Positions 54,633-64,000 of a stretch of DNA of 64,000 nt are shown here, one piece after another. Below the pieces are notes generated by a model that did no database searches, was not told where the DNA came from, and worked only from the letters and a program-made list of their open reading frames with translations. Location of the stretch: assembly GCA_964485815.1 (NCBI GenBank), contig CAZAJX010000002.1, forward strand, positions 3,659 to 67,658, given 5' to 3'. This DNA is from an uncultured Oscillospiraceae bacterium. GTDB taxonomy: Bacteria > Bacillota > Clostridia > Oscillospirales > CAG-382. The position numbers and the translations under genes are program-made. The stretch's first letter is position 1. Every line of letters begins with the position of its first letter.

Positions 54633-56069
54633 ATGAATTTATTAACAGGGTATTTTAACCCAAAATACATATTAAGAAAAAAAGAAGTCCTCGGTGAGTT
54701 GCCGGGTACCAAAAGCGCTCTCGCACAATTTTTCAAAGTGGCTTGGCCATCTATGCTGGAGAGCATTCTGCTGAGTCTTGTTTCTTTTATTGATACTCAG
54801 ATGGTATCTGTTATCGGCACGGATGCGGTTGCCGCCGTTGGTGTAACGGGACAGCCGAGAATGATCTTTTATGCCGTGTTCTTTGCTATAAATATAGGCG
54901 TTACCGCTATTGTAAGCCGAAGAACCGGACAAAACGAAATGAAGGGTGCAAGGGACTGTCTTGCCCAATCCGTTTCCTTGACGGCAATTCTCGGAGTAGT
55001 TTTGTGCTCCATAGCGATTGCGCTTGCAGAGCCCCTCGTTAGTCTGGCGGGCGCTGATACCGACATTCTTGCGGATTCGGCAGCATATTTCAGAATTACC
55101 ATGGCGGGCATGCTGTTTACAAGTATCGGTATGACCATAAACGCCGCCCACAGAGGTACGGGAAGAACCCGAATCTCTATGGTTACAAATATTACGGCAA
55201 ACCTTGTAAACTGTCTGCTTAACTACATTCTTATAAGCGAAAACTTCCTTAACAACGCTTTGAATATTACTCCTATCGGTGTAGAGGGTGCCGCCGTTGC
55301 TACTCTTATAGGTAACGTGGTTTCCTGCCTGATGTCGATATGGACGGTATTTTGTGATAAAAAATCGGTATTATATATCAAATTAAAAGAGTGCTTCGTA
55401 ATACGAAAGGACATTCTTAAACTCCACGCAAGCGTTAGCAGAAATGCCGCGATAGAACAGATATTTTTAAGAATCGGTTTCTTCCTCACAGCTTTAATGG
55501 TTAACGAGCTGGGCACGCCTTCCATTTCAACAAACACCATATGTATGAGTATACTTACACTTTCCTTCTGCCTGGGCGACGGATTGGGAGTAGGTACATC
55601 AGCTTTGGTGGGAATGAATCTGGGAAAGAACAGAAAAGACCTTTCCCTGCTGTACGGAAGTCTTGGACAGCGGGTCGGCGCAATTTGCTCGGCAATGTTT
55701 ATGGTCATATTCTTCCTGTTCGGAACGGATATGGTTTCCTGGTTTGTTCCTGCGGACGATCCCAACGGCGAGTTTATTATGCACGCCGCCGAATACATTA
55801 TGTTACTCCTCGCACTTACTATGCCTGCACAGATCTCAATGGTTGTCTATACCGGTTGCCTGCGCGGTGCGGGAGATACTTTCTTTGTAGCTATCAGTTC
55901 GCTGCTTTCCATAGCTATTGTTCGTCCTTTGTTCACCTATATTTTCGCATATCCTTTGGGATTCGGCGTTATAGGCGCATACGGCGCGTTGCTGGTGGAC
56001 CATTATTTCAGATTGCTTATCTGTTGGATGCGGTTTAAAGGCGAAAAATGGGCAAAAATCAAGATATAA
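54633..56069 (+). CDS. MATE family efflux transporter
   Basis: 12 TM segments. The N-terminal block FFKVAWPSMLESILLSLVSFIDTQMV is typical of MatE. The start could be ATG 54633 or GTG 54624. Confidence 0.85.
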   Translation: MNLLTGYFNPKYILRKKEVLGELPGTKSALAQFFKVAWPSMLESILLSLVSFIDTQMVSVIGTDAVAAVGVTGQPRMIFYAVFFAINIGVTAIVSRRTGQNEMKGARDCLAQSVSLTAILGVVLCSIAIALAEPLVSLAGADTDILADSAAYFRITMAGMLFTSIGMTINAAHRGTGRTRISMVTNITANLVNCLLNYILISENFLNNALNITPIGVEGAAVATLIGNVVSCLMSIWTVFCDKKSVLYIKLKECFVIRKDILKLHASVSRNAAIEQIFLRIGFFLTALMVNELGTPSISTNTICMSILTLSFCLGDGLGVGTSALVGMNLGKNRKDLSLLYGSLGQRVGAICSAMFMVIFFLFGTDMVSWFVPADDPNGEFIMHAAEYIMLLLALTMPAQISMVVYTGCLRGAGDTFFVAISSLLSIAIVRPLFTYIFAYPLGFGVIGAYGALLVDHYFRLLICWMRFKGEKWAKIKI

Positions 56070-56084
56070 TACACAAAATCAATC

Positions 56085-56126
56085 AAAAAAAATTACGGAC
56101 GGCTTTTACGCCGTCCGTAATTTTGT
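56085..56126. terminator. Bidirectional terminator (MATE and GH20-like genes)
   Basis: 12-bp stem ATTACGGACGGC/GCCGTCCGTAAT, with an A-run before and TTTT after. Confidence 0.85.
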
Positions 56127-56137
56127 GCTTAATTCAA

Positions 56138-57913
56138 TTAATCAAACATTGCTCTCTTCATAAGGTCAACGATGAGTGCAAGCTCGCTGGTCTTGTTTTC
56201 TCTTCTCCAAGCGGTTTCGTACTCTTCGCTCCAACGGAGGAAGTTGCTTCTGTATTCACCAAGCTCTCTGCCGTCAAGCAGACGTGCAAAGGCGAGATTG
56301 ATGTATGCGGTAGCTTCTGCGGCAAGAGAAAGATCGTGCAGTATTTCGCCGCTTCCCAGCTTGCGGAAGGAATCAGCAATGGCGAAGCAACGCTCTGCGT
56401 TTTCAACAAACTCGGGCGCATCCTCGGTTTCGGGCATCTTACCCCAGTAATTGCGCATACCGTGATACCACTGAACGAACAGACCCCAGCTCATCTTCAT
56501 TTCGCAATCACCGAGGGATTTTACCATAGAGAGAGTAACTCCGGTGTGATCGTCATAAAGGAGATTGCTTACGTCACAATCAAAATCCTTGGAATATGCG
56601 TCTGTTGCGTTGTTCCAAGCCTTAGCCGCGCCGAGAACTATACCGTACAACGTGCAGTTAAGAGAGCAAACGTGACCGTAATCGCCCCAAGAGGTATTGA
56701 GCAGACCGAGAGCGCCGTTCTGTACACCGCCGTCTATCATACCGATGATATTGGGCTTTGCATAGTTGATAACTTCACAGAAGTGGTTCCAGCAGGAAGT
56801 GCCGGGGCAAACGATCTGAGGAAGTCCGCTCTGTGCGAATTTCTCGATATTGCCGATGTTGGGGGTATTGCTGTAATCCCAGCAAAGCATTATCATATCC
56901 TTGGGGAAGGAATCGAGAATTTCGGGATGGTGCAACGCGATATCACCCCACATCATAACGGTCTTTCCGCGGGAGGATACGTGGTTTATAAGCTTGGTGG
57001 TAAATTCAAGATACAAAGCACCCTTGTCCTTACCCTTGTTTCTGCCGTTGCAAAGGTCGAAGGTTTCATCACAGCAGATGTTGAAGTATTTGCTTCTGAA
57101 CAAAGGTATGTACTGGTCGATAAGTGACTTTATAAGCTCAAAGGATTCGGGATTGGAAGCATCGATGGTATGATGCAGCATACGGTTGAGCCAGAGGTTA
57201 GGATCGGGAGTAAACTCATCAAGCTCGCAGAGATGCTTGTATTCCTTGGTTTCCAGCAGTCTGTAAAGATGGCCGAAGGTGGAAAGCGAAGGAATAAAAT
57301 CTATAAAGTTTTCGTAGCAGTAATCGTCAAGCTCCAGAATCTCCTCTGCGGTGAGATAGCCGTGAGGTTCAAGGAAGCAACGGTATTCGTTAAAATCGAA
57401 TGCATGCTCGATGTAAAGCTGGAGAGAGTTCATCTTGTAATAAGCGATGAAATCTATAAGCTTTTTAACGCCTTCAACGGTAGGAACTCTGCCGCGGGAA
57501 ACGTCGTGATAAAAGCCTCTGTGAGCCATATCGGGCTCATCCTCGATAGAGCAAAGAGGAATACGTCCGTCAGAAGCGCGGAGAAGCTGGCGGAGTGTCT
57601 GTATTCCGTAGAATGCGCCCGCAAGAGAAGGTGCGGAAATTCTGATAGCATCCTCGGTACAAACGAGAGTATATTTCTCGCTGTTTTCCTGATCGCCTGC
57701 ACATACGGTTATGCATTTTTGCATATTCTCTGCACCAAAGGCTTTATTGATCTTGGAAGCAACGGAGGTTTCTTTTTCAAGCTCTGATTTGAGAGTTTGA
57801 CAAGCCTTGAAAATACGGCTGTCGCAAAGGGGGTTCATTACGATGTTCCAACCGCCTATATATACGGTAGACTCATCTGTTTCAATCATTTTAGGGCAAG
57901 GTATTACGTTCAT
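56138..57913 (-). CDS. Glycoside hydrolase family 20-like (beta-N-acetylhexosaminidase-like), cytoplasmic
   Basis: HRGFYHDVSRGRVPTVEGVKKLIDFIAYYKMNSLQLYIEH block. NICCDET occupies the position of the GH20 HxGGDE catalytic block. GGAGG SD before ATG 57913, so the track start 58006 was trimmed. Confidence 0.7.
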   Translation of the reverse strand: MNVIPCPKMIETDESTVYIGGWNIVMNPLCDSRIFKACQTLKSELEKETSVASKINKAFGAENMQKCITVCAGDQENSEKYTLVCTEDAIRISAPSLAGAFYGIQTLRQLLRASDGRIPLCSIEDEPDMAHRGFYHDVSRGRVPTVEGVKKLIDFIAYYKMNSLQLYIEHAFDFNEYRCFLEPHGYLTAEEILELDDYCYENFIDFIPSLSTFGHLYRLLETKEYKHLCELDEFTPDPNLWLNRMLHHTIDASNPESFELIKSLIDQYIPLFRSKYFNICCDETFDLCNGRNKGKDKGALYLEFTTKLINHVSSRGKTVMMWGDIALHHPEILDSFPKDMIMLCWDYSNTPNIGNIEKFAQSGLPQIVCPGTSCWNHFCEVINYAKPNIIGMIDGGVQNGALGLLNTSWGDYGHVCSLNCTLYGIVLGAAKAWNNATDAYSKDFDCDVSNLLYDDHTGVTLSMVKSLGDCEMKMSWGLFVQWYHGMRNYWGKMPETEDAPEFVENAERCFAIADSFRKLGSGEILHDLSLAAEATAYINLAFARLLDGRELGEYRSNFLRWSEEYETAWRRENKTSELALIVDLMKRAMFD

Positions 57914-57949
57914 ACTTTTCCTCCTGAAATAACATAAATTTCTATATTG

Positions 57950-57978
57950 ATTATATATACCGACAGAGATTTTGTCAA
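57950..57978 (-). promoter_or_regulatory. Sigma-A type promoter of the GH20-like gene
   Basis: Minus strand: TTGACA (57978-57973), 17-nt spacer, TATAAT (57955-57950). Confidence 0.5.
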
Positions 57979-57999
57979 GTATAAAAGATTCGCTTCGCA

Positions 58000-58027
58000 T
58001 TGACAAAAAACAAATATATGGTATAAT
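58000..58027 (+). promoter_or_regulatory. Sigma-A type promoter
   Basis: TTGACA (58000-58005), 16-nt spacer, TATAAT (58022-58027), preceded by TGG. Confidence 0.5.
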
Positions 58028-58047
58028 TTGAGAGGAGTTGATTATAT

Positions 58048-59217
58048 ATGAAAAAATTTAAAAAGCCCCCTGCAATAATATATTACCCCGCGTATTTCAT
58101 AATACGCGTATACTACAGACTCGCATACGGCGTTACCGTTGACAGAAGCGGTATCAAGGATATGAAGGGCGCGGCAATAGTTCTTTGCCCCCACCTTTCC
58201 AACAGCGACCATTTTTTGACCGCGTTCGGTCTGTTTCCCCACCGTCCCACATTCGTTATGAGCGAGCATTTTGCGGGCTTCCCTATTTTGCGCCCCGTTA
58301 TAAAGATGATGCGCGCGATAACGAAAAAGATGTTCTGCGCCGATGTGGGAACTATTATGAATATTCGCCGCGCTTTAAAATGCGGAAACACCATCGTTTT
58401 GTTTCCCGAAGGCAGACTTACCTGGTACGGTCATTCTCTTGCCGTAACGGCGGGCACAGCAGAGCTTGTCAAGAGCTGCGGTGTTGACGTGTATTCGGTT
58501 ACCGGTAACGGCGCGTATCTCACCTTTCCCAAATGGAGAAAGAAAAACCGCAAAGGCAAGATCAACATTACCACTGCAAAGCTGTTTGCCGCAGAAGAAA
58601 TCAAAAAGCTTTCTCTTGAGGAAATAAGCGCACGTATTGATAAAGCTATTCTTCACGATGATGAGTTGGCGATGGCGGGGACCGAATACCGTTGCAAGGA
58701 TATGACCGAAGGTCTTGACGGTATAGTTTACAAATGCCCTGAATGTATGAGCGAATTTAAAATGACCGCGAAAAACGATCATATTACCTGTGATGAGTGC
58801 GGTGCGGATGCGGTGCTGGACAACAAATACGTTTTGCACGGTTCAAGATTTTCAAGAATAAACGAATGGATGGAATGGCAGAAGCAATGTCTTGACCCCG
58901 AAAACGAAGTTCTTGAAAGCGAAGCCATATTCGGTACCAAAAACGAAAAAGGAAATATCGATCACCAAGCGGGCAAAGGCTTTGTAAAACTTGATAAAAC
59001 GGGATTTTATATGAAGGGCGAAATTTCCGGTGAAGAATTGGAAGCCTTTTATCCTATAGACAAGCTGGGCGGATTCCCTATCACAGTCGGTTCAGCATTT
59101 GACGTTTATTATAAAAACAAATTGGTGTATATCCATCCCCTGCCCGATATGAGAACGGCAGTCAAATGGGTAACTTTACTTGACAGGATTCACGAGAATG
59201 GAAATAAAAACGATTAA
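58048..59217 (+). CDS. Lysophospholipid (PlsC-type) acyltransferase with a C-terminal zinc-ribbon-containing extension
   Basis: HxxxxD block CPHLSNSDH and the FPEGR block. C-terminal CPEC...CDECG. SD GAGAGGAG. Confidence 0.75.
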   Translation: MKKFKKPPAIIYYPAYFIIRVYYRLAYGVTVDRSGIKDMKGAAIVLCPHLSNSDHFLTAFGLFPHRPTFVMSEHFAGFPILRPVIKMMRAITKKMFCADVGTIMNIRRALKCGNTIVLFPEGRLTWYGHSLAVTAGTAELVKSCGVDVYSVTGNGAYLTFPKWRKKNRKGKINITTAKLFAAEEIKKLSLEEISARIDKAILHDDELAMAGTEYRCKDMTEGLDGIVYKCPECMSEFKMTAKNDHITCDECGADAVLDNKYVLHGSRFSRINEWMEWQKQCLDPENEVLESEAIFGTKNEKGNIDHQAGKGFVKLDKTGFYMKGEISGEELEAFYPIDKLGGFPITVGSAFDVYYKNKLVYIHPLPDMRTAVKWVTLLDRIHENGNKND

Positions 59218-59797
59218 TTGCGGTCTGCTCGGAACAAACTGCTACATACTTACCGAGGGTACGGATGCGGTCGTATTCGATCCCGACGGAGAAAAAGAAA
59301 AAATTTATTCGCTCCTTGAAGGATACGATCTCCGCGCTGTAATACTTACACACGGTCATTTTGACCATATCGGTGCGGTAGACGATATCTGCCGCGAAAC
59401 AGGCGCAGATCTGTATATAAACACTCTGGACGCGGAAATGCTTGAGGACGCTAATAAGAACGCCTCATTCCTGCTTCCCGGAAGCGATATAGTATGTACT
59501 ACCACGCCTTTGTTTTTTGACGGTGATAATGAGATGTACTTTGGCGATATACACCTCAAGGTACTTCATACTCCCGGTCACACTAAAGGAAGCAGTTGTT
59601 TTATATGCGAAGATGTTCTGATTTCCGGTGACACGCTGTTTAAAAACGGGATCGGCAGGACGGACCTTTACGGCGGAGATACCGCTACTGAATACGAATC
59701 CATACGCAAGCTTTTCCGCTTGGATAAAGATTATACCGTTTATCCCGGACACGGACCGAAAACCACACTGAATCGTGAAAAAAGAGGATTAATTTAA
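59198..59797 (+). CDS. MBL-fold metallo-hydrolase (hydroxyacylglutathione hydrolase-like)
   Basis: LTHGHFDHIG (HxHxDH) and HTPGHT blocks. The start is taken at MEIKTINCG (ATG 59198), overlapping the upstream gene by 20 nt. Confidence 0.85.
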   Translation: MEIKTINCGLLGTNCYILTEGTDAVVFDPDGEKEKIYSLLEGYDLRAVILTHGHFDHIGAVDDICRETGADLYINTLDAEMLEDANKNASFLLPGSDIVCTTTPLFFDGDNEMYFGDIHLKVLHTPGHTKGSSCFICEDVLISGDTLFKNGIGRTDLYGGDTATEYESIRKLFRLDKDYTVYPGHGPKTTLNREKRGLI

Positions 59798-59832
59798 AAA
59801 AAGAAAGCCCGACATTATGTCGGGCAAAAGAA
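59796..59832. terminator. Bidirectional terminator (MBL hydrolase and ppiB)
   Basis: Stem GCCCGACA/TGTCGGGC (59807-59814/59818-59825), flanked by A-runs on both sides. The flank reads as a T-run only on the minus strand, so ppiB is the better-supported side. Confidence 0.75.
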
Positions 59833-60324
59833 TTAATCAACTATTTCAATATCATCTATAACGATTGCGGTCTTGGGCACGTCGGAATAATAACCGTATC
59901 TGCCGGTATCTGTACCTGCAATGGTATCAAGCACGTCAAAGCCATCGGTAAGGCAGCCGAACGCCGCATACTGACCGTCAAGATGAGGTGCGTTTTTGTG
60001 CATTACGAAAAACTGTGAGGATGCGGAGTTGGGATCCATGGTACGAGCCATTGACAGCACGCCGCGGGTATGGGCAATATCGTTACCGGCAAATCCGTTT
60101 CCTGCGAATTCACCTTTTATCGCCTTTGCGTCCTTGTGGGCAAAGGAAGGATCGAATCCGCCGCCCTGAATCATAAAGCCTTCGATAACGCGGTGGAAGA
60201 TAAGTCCTTTATAAAAACCGCTTTTTGCGAGAGATACAAAGTTTTCTACGGTTTTGGGAGCTTTTTCAGGATAGAGTTCGGCAGTCATAACACCGAGGTC
60301 TTTAACTTTTATAAGTGCTTTCAT
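59833..60324 (-). CDS. ppiB: Peptidyl-prolyl cis-trans isomerase, cyclophilin type
   Basis: FHRVIEGFMIQGGG and SMARTMDPNSASSQFF blocks, 163 aa. Confidence 0.9.
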   Translation of the reverse strand: MKALIKVKDLGVMTAELYPEKAPKTVENFVSLAKSGFYKGLIFHRVIEGFMIQGGGFDPSFAHKDAKAIKGEFAGNGFAGNDIAHTRGVLSMARTMDPNSASSQFFVMHKNAPHLDGQYAAFGCLTDGFDVLDTIAGTDTGRYGYYSDVPKTAIVIDDIEIVD

Positions 60325-60412
60325 TTTACAATTCCTCTTTTACAAACTTATTTTTATAAATTATAAGCCTTTTCATCAGAAAAAGCAAGTCAAATTTAAA
60401 GGAGATATCACA

Positions 60413-60589
60413 ATGCCGGATAATCTTTGCGAAAACTGTATGTATTACGCATACGACGAATATACGGACACTTACGTTTGCGATGCTGATTTTGACGAGG
60501 ACGAAATGGTAGCCCTGCTAAGCTCAAAAAACGGATGTCCCTACTACAACCCTTACGATGAATATAAAACAGTTCGAAAACAGAATTGA
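60413..60589 (+). CDS. 58-aa Cys-containing small protein (CxxC...C...C, zinc-ribbon-like), not in the ORF track
   Basis: AAAGGAG lies 7 nt before ATG 60413. Hand translation: MPDNLCENCMYYAYDEYTDTYVCDADFDEDEMVALLSSKNGCPYYNPYDEYKTVRKQN. It ends 10 nt before the SGNH hydrolase start. Confidence 0.6.
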   Translation: MPDNLCENCMYYAYDEYTDTYVCDADFDEDEMVALLSSKNGCPYYNPYDEYKTVRKQN

Positions 60590-60599
60590 GGTATATATT

Positions 60600-61619
60600 A
60601 TGGAATACATCTTTACAAATGTAAAAAACGATCCCTTCGTTATCGGCGGTATTCTCCACCCCGATAAAAACCACGGCGAATATTACCGTCTTGATGCAAG
60701 CAAAAAGGATATTTATTCCGGCGCTAACAGCGGACTTGCTCATCAGACCTCCGGCGGCACCGTCCGCTTTGTAACCGATGCGGACACTGTTTGTATCCGC
60801 AACAAGCTTCGTGTTGTAACCGTAGGTATGAACCATTTTACCCACAGAGGCGTATGGGGACTTGATATTCTCGTGGGAAGCGGTAAAAACAGAGAGTACT
60901 GCGGAAAAATGATGCAGACCTTTGCCGACAGTACCGAGCAAAACGAAAACGAGGTTGATCTTCCCGCAGGCGAAAACGAAGTGCTTATTTACATGCCTCT
61001 TTACGCAGGTATCGAGGATATTGAGGTTGGTATTCCCGAAGGAGCGACTCTTAAAGCGCCTGCCGAAAGAATCACCGCACCTATCGCGTTCTACGGTTCT
61101 TCCATTACACAGGGCGGCTGTGCATCCCGTGCGGGAACAGCTTTTGCAAATATCGTGTGCCGTCATTTTGATGCGGATTGTATCAATCTCGGATTTTCCG
61201 GCTCTGCTTTCGGTGAACAGTCTGTTGCGGAATATATGTCAACAAGAGATGATATCGGCTTGTTCGTTATGGATTACGTTTTCAACGCACGTTCTTTGGA
61301 AGAACTTGAAACAACCCACTACCCCTTCTACAAGACCTTCAGGGACGCTCATCCCGACACACCCGTGCTTATGTGCACCCATCCCTATTGCTGGCCTACG
61401 TCCGAAAACGATCTTAAGCGTATAGAGATCGTAAAGACCACCTACGAGCGCGCTTTGGAAGAGGGTGATAAAAACGTTTATTTCCTTGACGGAAGAGAAT
61501 ACTTCCCCGCAGAGATGAGCGATCTTTGCTTTGTTGACTATTTACATCCCAACGATCTGGGAATGTACTTTATGGCAAAGAAAATGATCGAAAACATCGA
61601 AAAAATTTTAAACAAATAA
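60600..61619 (+). CDS. SGNH/GDSL-type hydrolase (esterase/acetylesterase-like)
   Basis: Block I FYGSSITQG and block V DYLHPND. GAGG lies 9 nt before ATG 60600, so the track start 60558 was trimmed. Confidence 0.8.
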   Translation: MEYIFTNVKNDPFVIGGILHPDKNHGEYYRLDASKKDIYSGANSGLAHQTSGGTVRFVTDADTVCIRNKLRVVTVGMNHFTHRGVWGLDILVGSGKNREYCGKMMQTFADSTEQNENEVDLPAGENEVLIYMPLYAGIEDIEVGIPEGATLKAPAERITAPIAFYGSSITQGGCASRAGTAFANIVCRHFDADCINLGFSGSAFGEQSVAEYMSTRDDIGLFVMDYVFNARSLEELETTHYPFYKTFRDAHPDTPVLMCTHPYCWPTSENDLKRIEIVKTTYERALEEGDKNVYFLDGREYFPAEMSDLCFVDYLHPNDLGMYFMAKKMIENIEKILNK

Positions 61620-61667
61620 GTAGCGGCTGCCATAAGACAGCCGTTTGAAACGGTCGGGTCGCAATCT

Positions 61668-61907
61668 TTATAGATCGTCTGCGTCCTGAACCGGTCGTTC
61701 ACTTTTATCTATCGGTGTACCGGTGTAACTTCCGTTAGGGTCGGTATCGCTTGAAAGCATATCCATTCCTATCAGCGGGTCCGGATAACCGATGGGATAT
61801 AATATATTGGGGACTTCTATCTCCGGCATATTTGGATATCTGAAACGGTTTTCACCGAAAAGATACCTTTGTCTGCCGTTTTGTTTTGATTGCTTTTTAT
61901 CATTCAT
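61668..61907 (-). CDS. Hypothetical 79-aa protein
   Basis: AAAGGAG SD before ATG 61907. Product starts MNDKKQSKQNGRQRYLFGENRFRYPNMPEIEVPN... No family recognised. Confidence 0.5.
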   Translation of the reverse strand: MNDKKQSKQNGRQRYLFGENRFRYPNMPEIEVPNILYPIGYPDPLIGMDMLSSDTDPNGSYTGTPIDKSERPVQDADDL

Positions 61908-62006
61908 TTTTTTCGCTCCTTTTTCGGGGGCAATAGTATTATTGCCGAATGTTAAGAATTTATGACTAAAAAGCAAAGAGAAAAAATTGTAAAAAAGGTT
62001 TGATTT

Positions 62007-62420
62007 ATGAGAATTTTAGGAATCGACTTCGGTGATGCGCGCATCGGCTTGGCAACCTCCGATTACGGCGAATCTCTTGCTACGGCGCAAGGAACGGTAA
62101 AGGTAAACGGAATTAACGATGCGGTTAAAAAGATAAGCGAAAAAGCAAAAGAGCTTGGTGCGGAAAAGTTGGTTATCGGACTTCCGAAAAATATGGACGG
62201 ATCGCTATCCTTCCGAGCAGAGCGGACACAGCGCTTTGCGGATATGATGAAGGAAGCGACGGGTCTGGAATACGAGTTTATGGACGAACGTCTTTCCACA
62301 ATGGAAGCATACCGATATCTAAACGCAACGGAATTCAACGGTAAAAAACGCAAAAACGTTATTGACACTCTTTCCGCTCAGATAATTTTGCAAAGCTGGC
62401 TGGACAGCAGAAAGAAATGA
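62007..62420 (+). CDS. ruvX: Holliday junction resolvase-like protein RuvX (YqgF)
   Basis: MRILGIDFGDARIGLATSD and the 137-aa length. Confidence 0.9.
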   Translation: MRILGIDFGDARIGLATSDYGESLATAQGTVKVNGINDAVKKISEKAKELGAEKLVIGLPKNMDGSLSFRAERTQRFADMMKEATGLEYEFMDERLSTMEAYRYLNATEFNGKKRKNVIDTLSAQIILQSWLDSRKK

Positions 62421-62422
62421 TT

Positions 62423-62456
62423 AAAAATCCTCCGTTTGATCGGAGGATTTTTTGTT
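62423..62456. terminator. Bidirectional terminator (ruvX and the sigma factor gene)
   Basis: 10-bp stem AAATCCTCCG/CGGAGGATTT (62425-62434/62441-62450) followed by TTTTTT. Confidence 0.85.
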
Positions 62457-62459
62457 CTG

Positions 62460-64000
62460 CTATTTAATTACCAAAATCATAGGACACGGATGCTGGTTTA
62501 TTTTTTCATTGTCATCATCATAATTGCCGTCGTATAACTTGCCACGGAAAATAGCCTCCCGCAGGCAGGAAAACAGCATAGCGTTTACGGGACACATATA
62601 TCGTTTGAACACGGGAACGCTTTCTATATGGGACGGACAAGGCGTTTCTTTGCCGTTTATAAATTCCGCAAAAAACTTTCTCAATTCTTCGTCTGCTTCC
62701 ATACCTTGCTTTGCTTCGGCAAGAATAGCATAAAGAATATCTGATTCTTTTTTATCAATAACGGGAATATTTACGTATATATTGCCGTTTTCCTCCCGCA
62801 ATATCTTGCATTTTGTAAGATGGGGTATCATTTTTAAATATTCTTCGTTAAAGCCAACGTACTCCGCGGGAATGCCCATATGAAGTATGAACAAAAGCTT
62901 GGTTATGATCTCGTCAACGTCTTCCCCGTTTTTTATAAAATCATAATCGGGAGAAGTATAATAAGAGTAGTTTGGAAATCCGTCTGCAGAGTATACGTGC
63001 TGACATACAGTGCGGTTTGTAAACTTTTCAAAATATGTGTGCCGTTCACCGGTATACGAGTGCATCATCAGATCAAGATGATCCATAGGATTAAATTCTT
63101 TGAAATTAACCGTCGCAAAGGCGATCCAACGTCCGCCGTCTTTTCTGTAAGGATACTGTTGCTCCGCACCGAGAATGTTGCTTACGATACGGTAAATTCC
63201 GTAATCAAGGCAGTTAAACGCAAAATACATTTCCAAAGAATTCTTTTGGTCAAAATTAAGCTTTTGGTAAAAATCCTGCTGTTTCAGCTCCACCAGACCG
63301 TTTTCGATATATCTCCATATATGTGTAAAATTGTCTTTTATAAATTCTTTCTGTGCGGGAATATGTTTTTCTTTATCTTCCACTGTATAAATGATAAAAT
63401 CGGTATAATATTTATTACCGGTTTTGACCATTAATTCGCCTTCTGTAAGCTTTTCGATAATAGGCTCAACATAGGCTGTGGGGACACCTATGCTTTTTGC
63501 GATAGCTTCTGCGGTAACCGGCTTTTCGTATGCTGCCCAAAGTATGTTTTGTGCAAGCAAATTATCATTTACAAGGGAGCCGGGTTCGTTATTTATTCCG
63601 TTATTTCCGCTGTTCGCAACCCATAACGTAACGGGACTGAAGCTTTGGTTCGAATAATTTTCCATAAATTTCATTTCCTCTTTCATACGGTTTCTTCCGC
63701 TGTGCAGTCTGCTTTTTACTGTCCCTTCGGGAATTCCCATTGATTTGGATATTTCAGCAACGCTTTCCCCGTTCATATAATAGCGCACGATTACCTCTCG
63801 GTATGTTTTTGCCAGATGCGCCACGGTTTTACGCACATTCTCGGCTTTATCCAATTCCTCTTCTTCGGAATAACAAACGCTTTCGTCAACAATATCAAAC
63901 CCTTCACCTATCGCCACGATAGGCTGGCGGTATTTTTTACGAAGCATATTGTTCCACTTGTTGCTTAAAACGGTAAGTAGCCATCCGCGCATATCATTAA
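62460..64000 (-). CDS. ECF-type sigma-70 family sigma factor fused to a ~400-aa soluble C-terminal extension (5' end outside the window)
   Basis: The frame stays open to the window edge. Region 2 end is RGWLLTVLSNKWNNMLRKKY. Region 4 HTH is YREVIVRYYMNGESVAEISKSMGIPEGTVKSRLHSGRNRM. A winged-helix-like segment follows (VTAEAIAKSIGVPTAYVEPIIEKLTEGELMV), then ~330 aa of unknown fold with no TM segment. Confidence 0.8.
   Translation of the reverse strand, partial: NDMRGWLLTVLSNKWNNMLRKKYRQPIVAIGEGFDIVDESVCYSEEEELDKAENVRKTVAHLAKTYREVIVRYYMNGESVAEISKSMGIPEGTVKSRLHSGRNRMKEEMKFMENYSNQSFSPVTLWVANSGNNGINNEPGSLVNDNLLAQNILWAAYEKPVTAEAIAKSIGVPTAYVEPIIEKLTEGELMVKTGNKYYTDFIIYTVEDKEKHIPAQKEFIKDNFTHIWRYIENGLVELKQQDFYQKLNFDQKNSLEMYFAFNCLDYGIYRIVSNILGAEQQYPYRKDGGRWIAFATVNFKEFNPMDHLDLMMHSYTGERHTYFEKFTNRTVCQHVYSADGFPNYSYYTSPDYDFIKNGEDVDEIITKLLFILHMGIPAEYVGFNEEYLKMIPHLTKCKILREENGNIYVNIPVIDKKESDILYAILAEAKQGMEADEELRKFFAEFINGKETPCPSHIESVPVFKRYMCPVNAMLFSCLREAIFRGKLYDGNYDDDNEKINQHPCPMILVIK

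Overview
This 64-kb chromosomal segment reads like a low/mid-GC Firmicute of the Clostridia. Supporting signs are GGAGG-type Shine-Dalgarno sites, TTGACA/TTGAAA-N16-17-TAAAAT/TATAAT promoters (often with a TG extended -10), a BspA-type LRR surface protein, type III glutamine synthetase, DUF1846 and a class B sortase. I call 54 protein-coding regions: two are partial at the window edges and three are below the 60-aa cutoff of the ORF track. I see no rRNA, tRNA, CRISPR array, transposase, integrase, phage gene or recognisable defence system. The left 16 kb is one apparent transcription unit: a 2402-aa S8 protease/LRR surface protein, a GLUG-motif lipoprotein, an oversized family-5 binding lipoprotein, OppBCDF-like components and an 82-aa tail-anchored protein, followed by an XRE-HTH regulator. 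The rest is mostly housekeeping: bcp, sfsA, purA-DUF1846-GS III, citrate synthase, nagB, glyA, guaB, ppiB and ruvX. Cytoplasmic glycoside hydrolases (GH2, GH35, GH20-like) and cell-envelope genes (GHL10, sortase B, DD-carboxypeptidase, acyltransferase, lipoproteins) are scattered among them. The observations most worth a second look are: (1) a terminator-containing structured leader upstream of an orphan Na+-decarboxylase beta subunit; (2) a promoter/36-codon ORF/hairpin unit feeding into a SAM methyltransferase; (3) the protease-Opp supraoperon with an adjacent possible peptide-sensing regulator; (4) a Cys-repeat lipoprotein followed by a 55-aa secreted-peptide ORF; (5) a ~300-bp hairpin-dense imperfect palindrome bracketed by two copies of one hairpin; (6) tandem conserved-stem hairpins upstream of a RadC-like gene; (7) an AT-rich islet with an atypical S41-like peptidase. 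I found no convincing complete novel multi-gene system. All protein calls rest on motif recognition in the supplied translations and all RNA structures were folded by eye. No searches or computations beyond hand counting were run.
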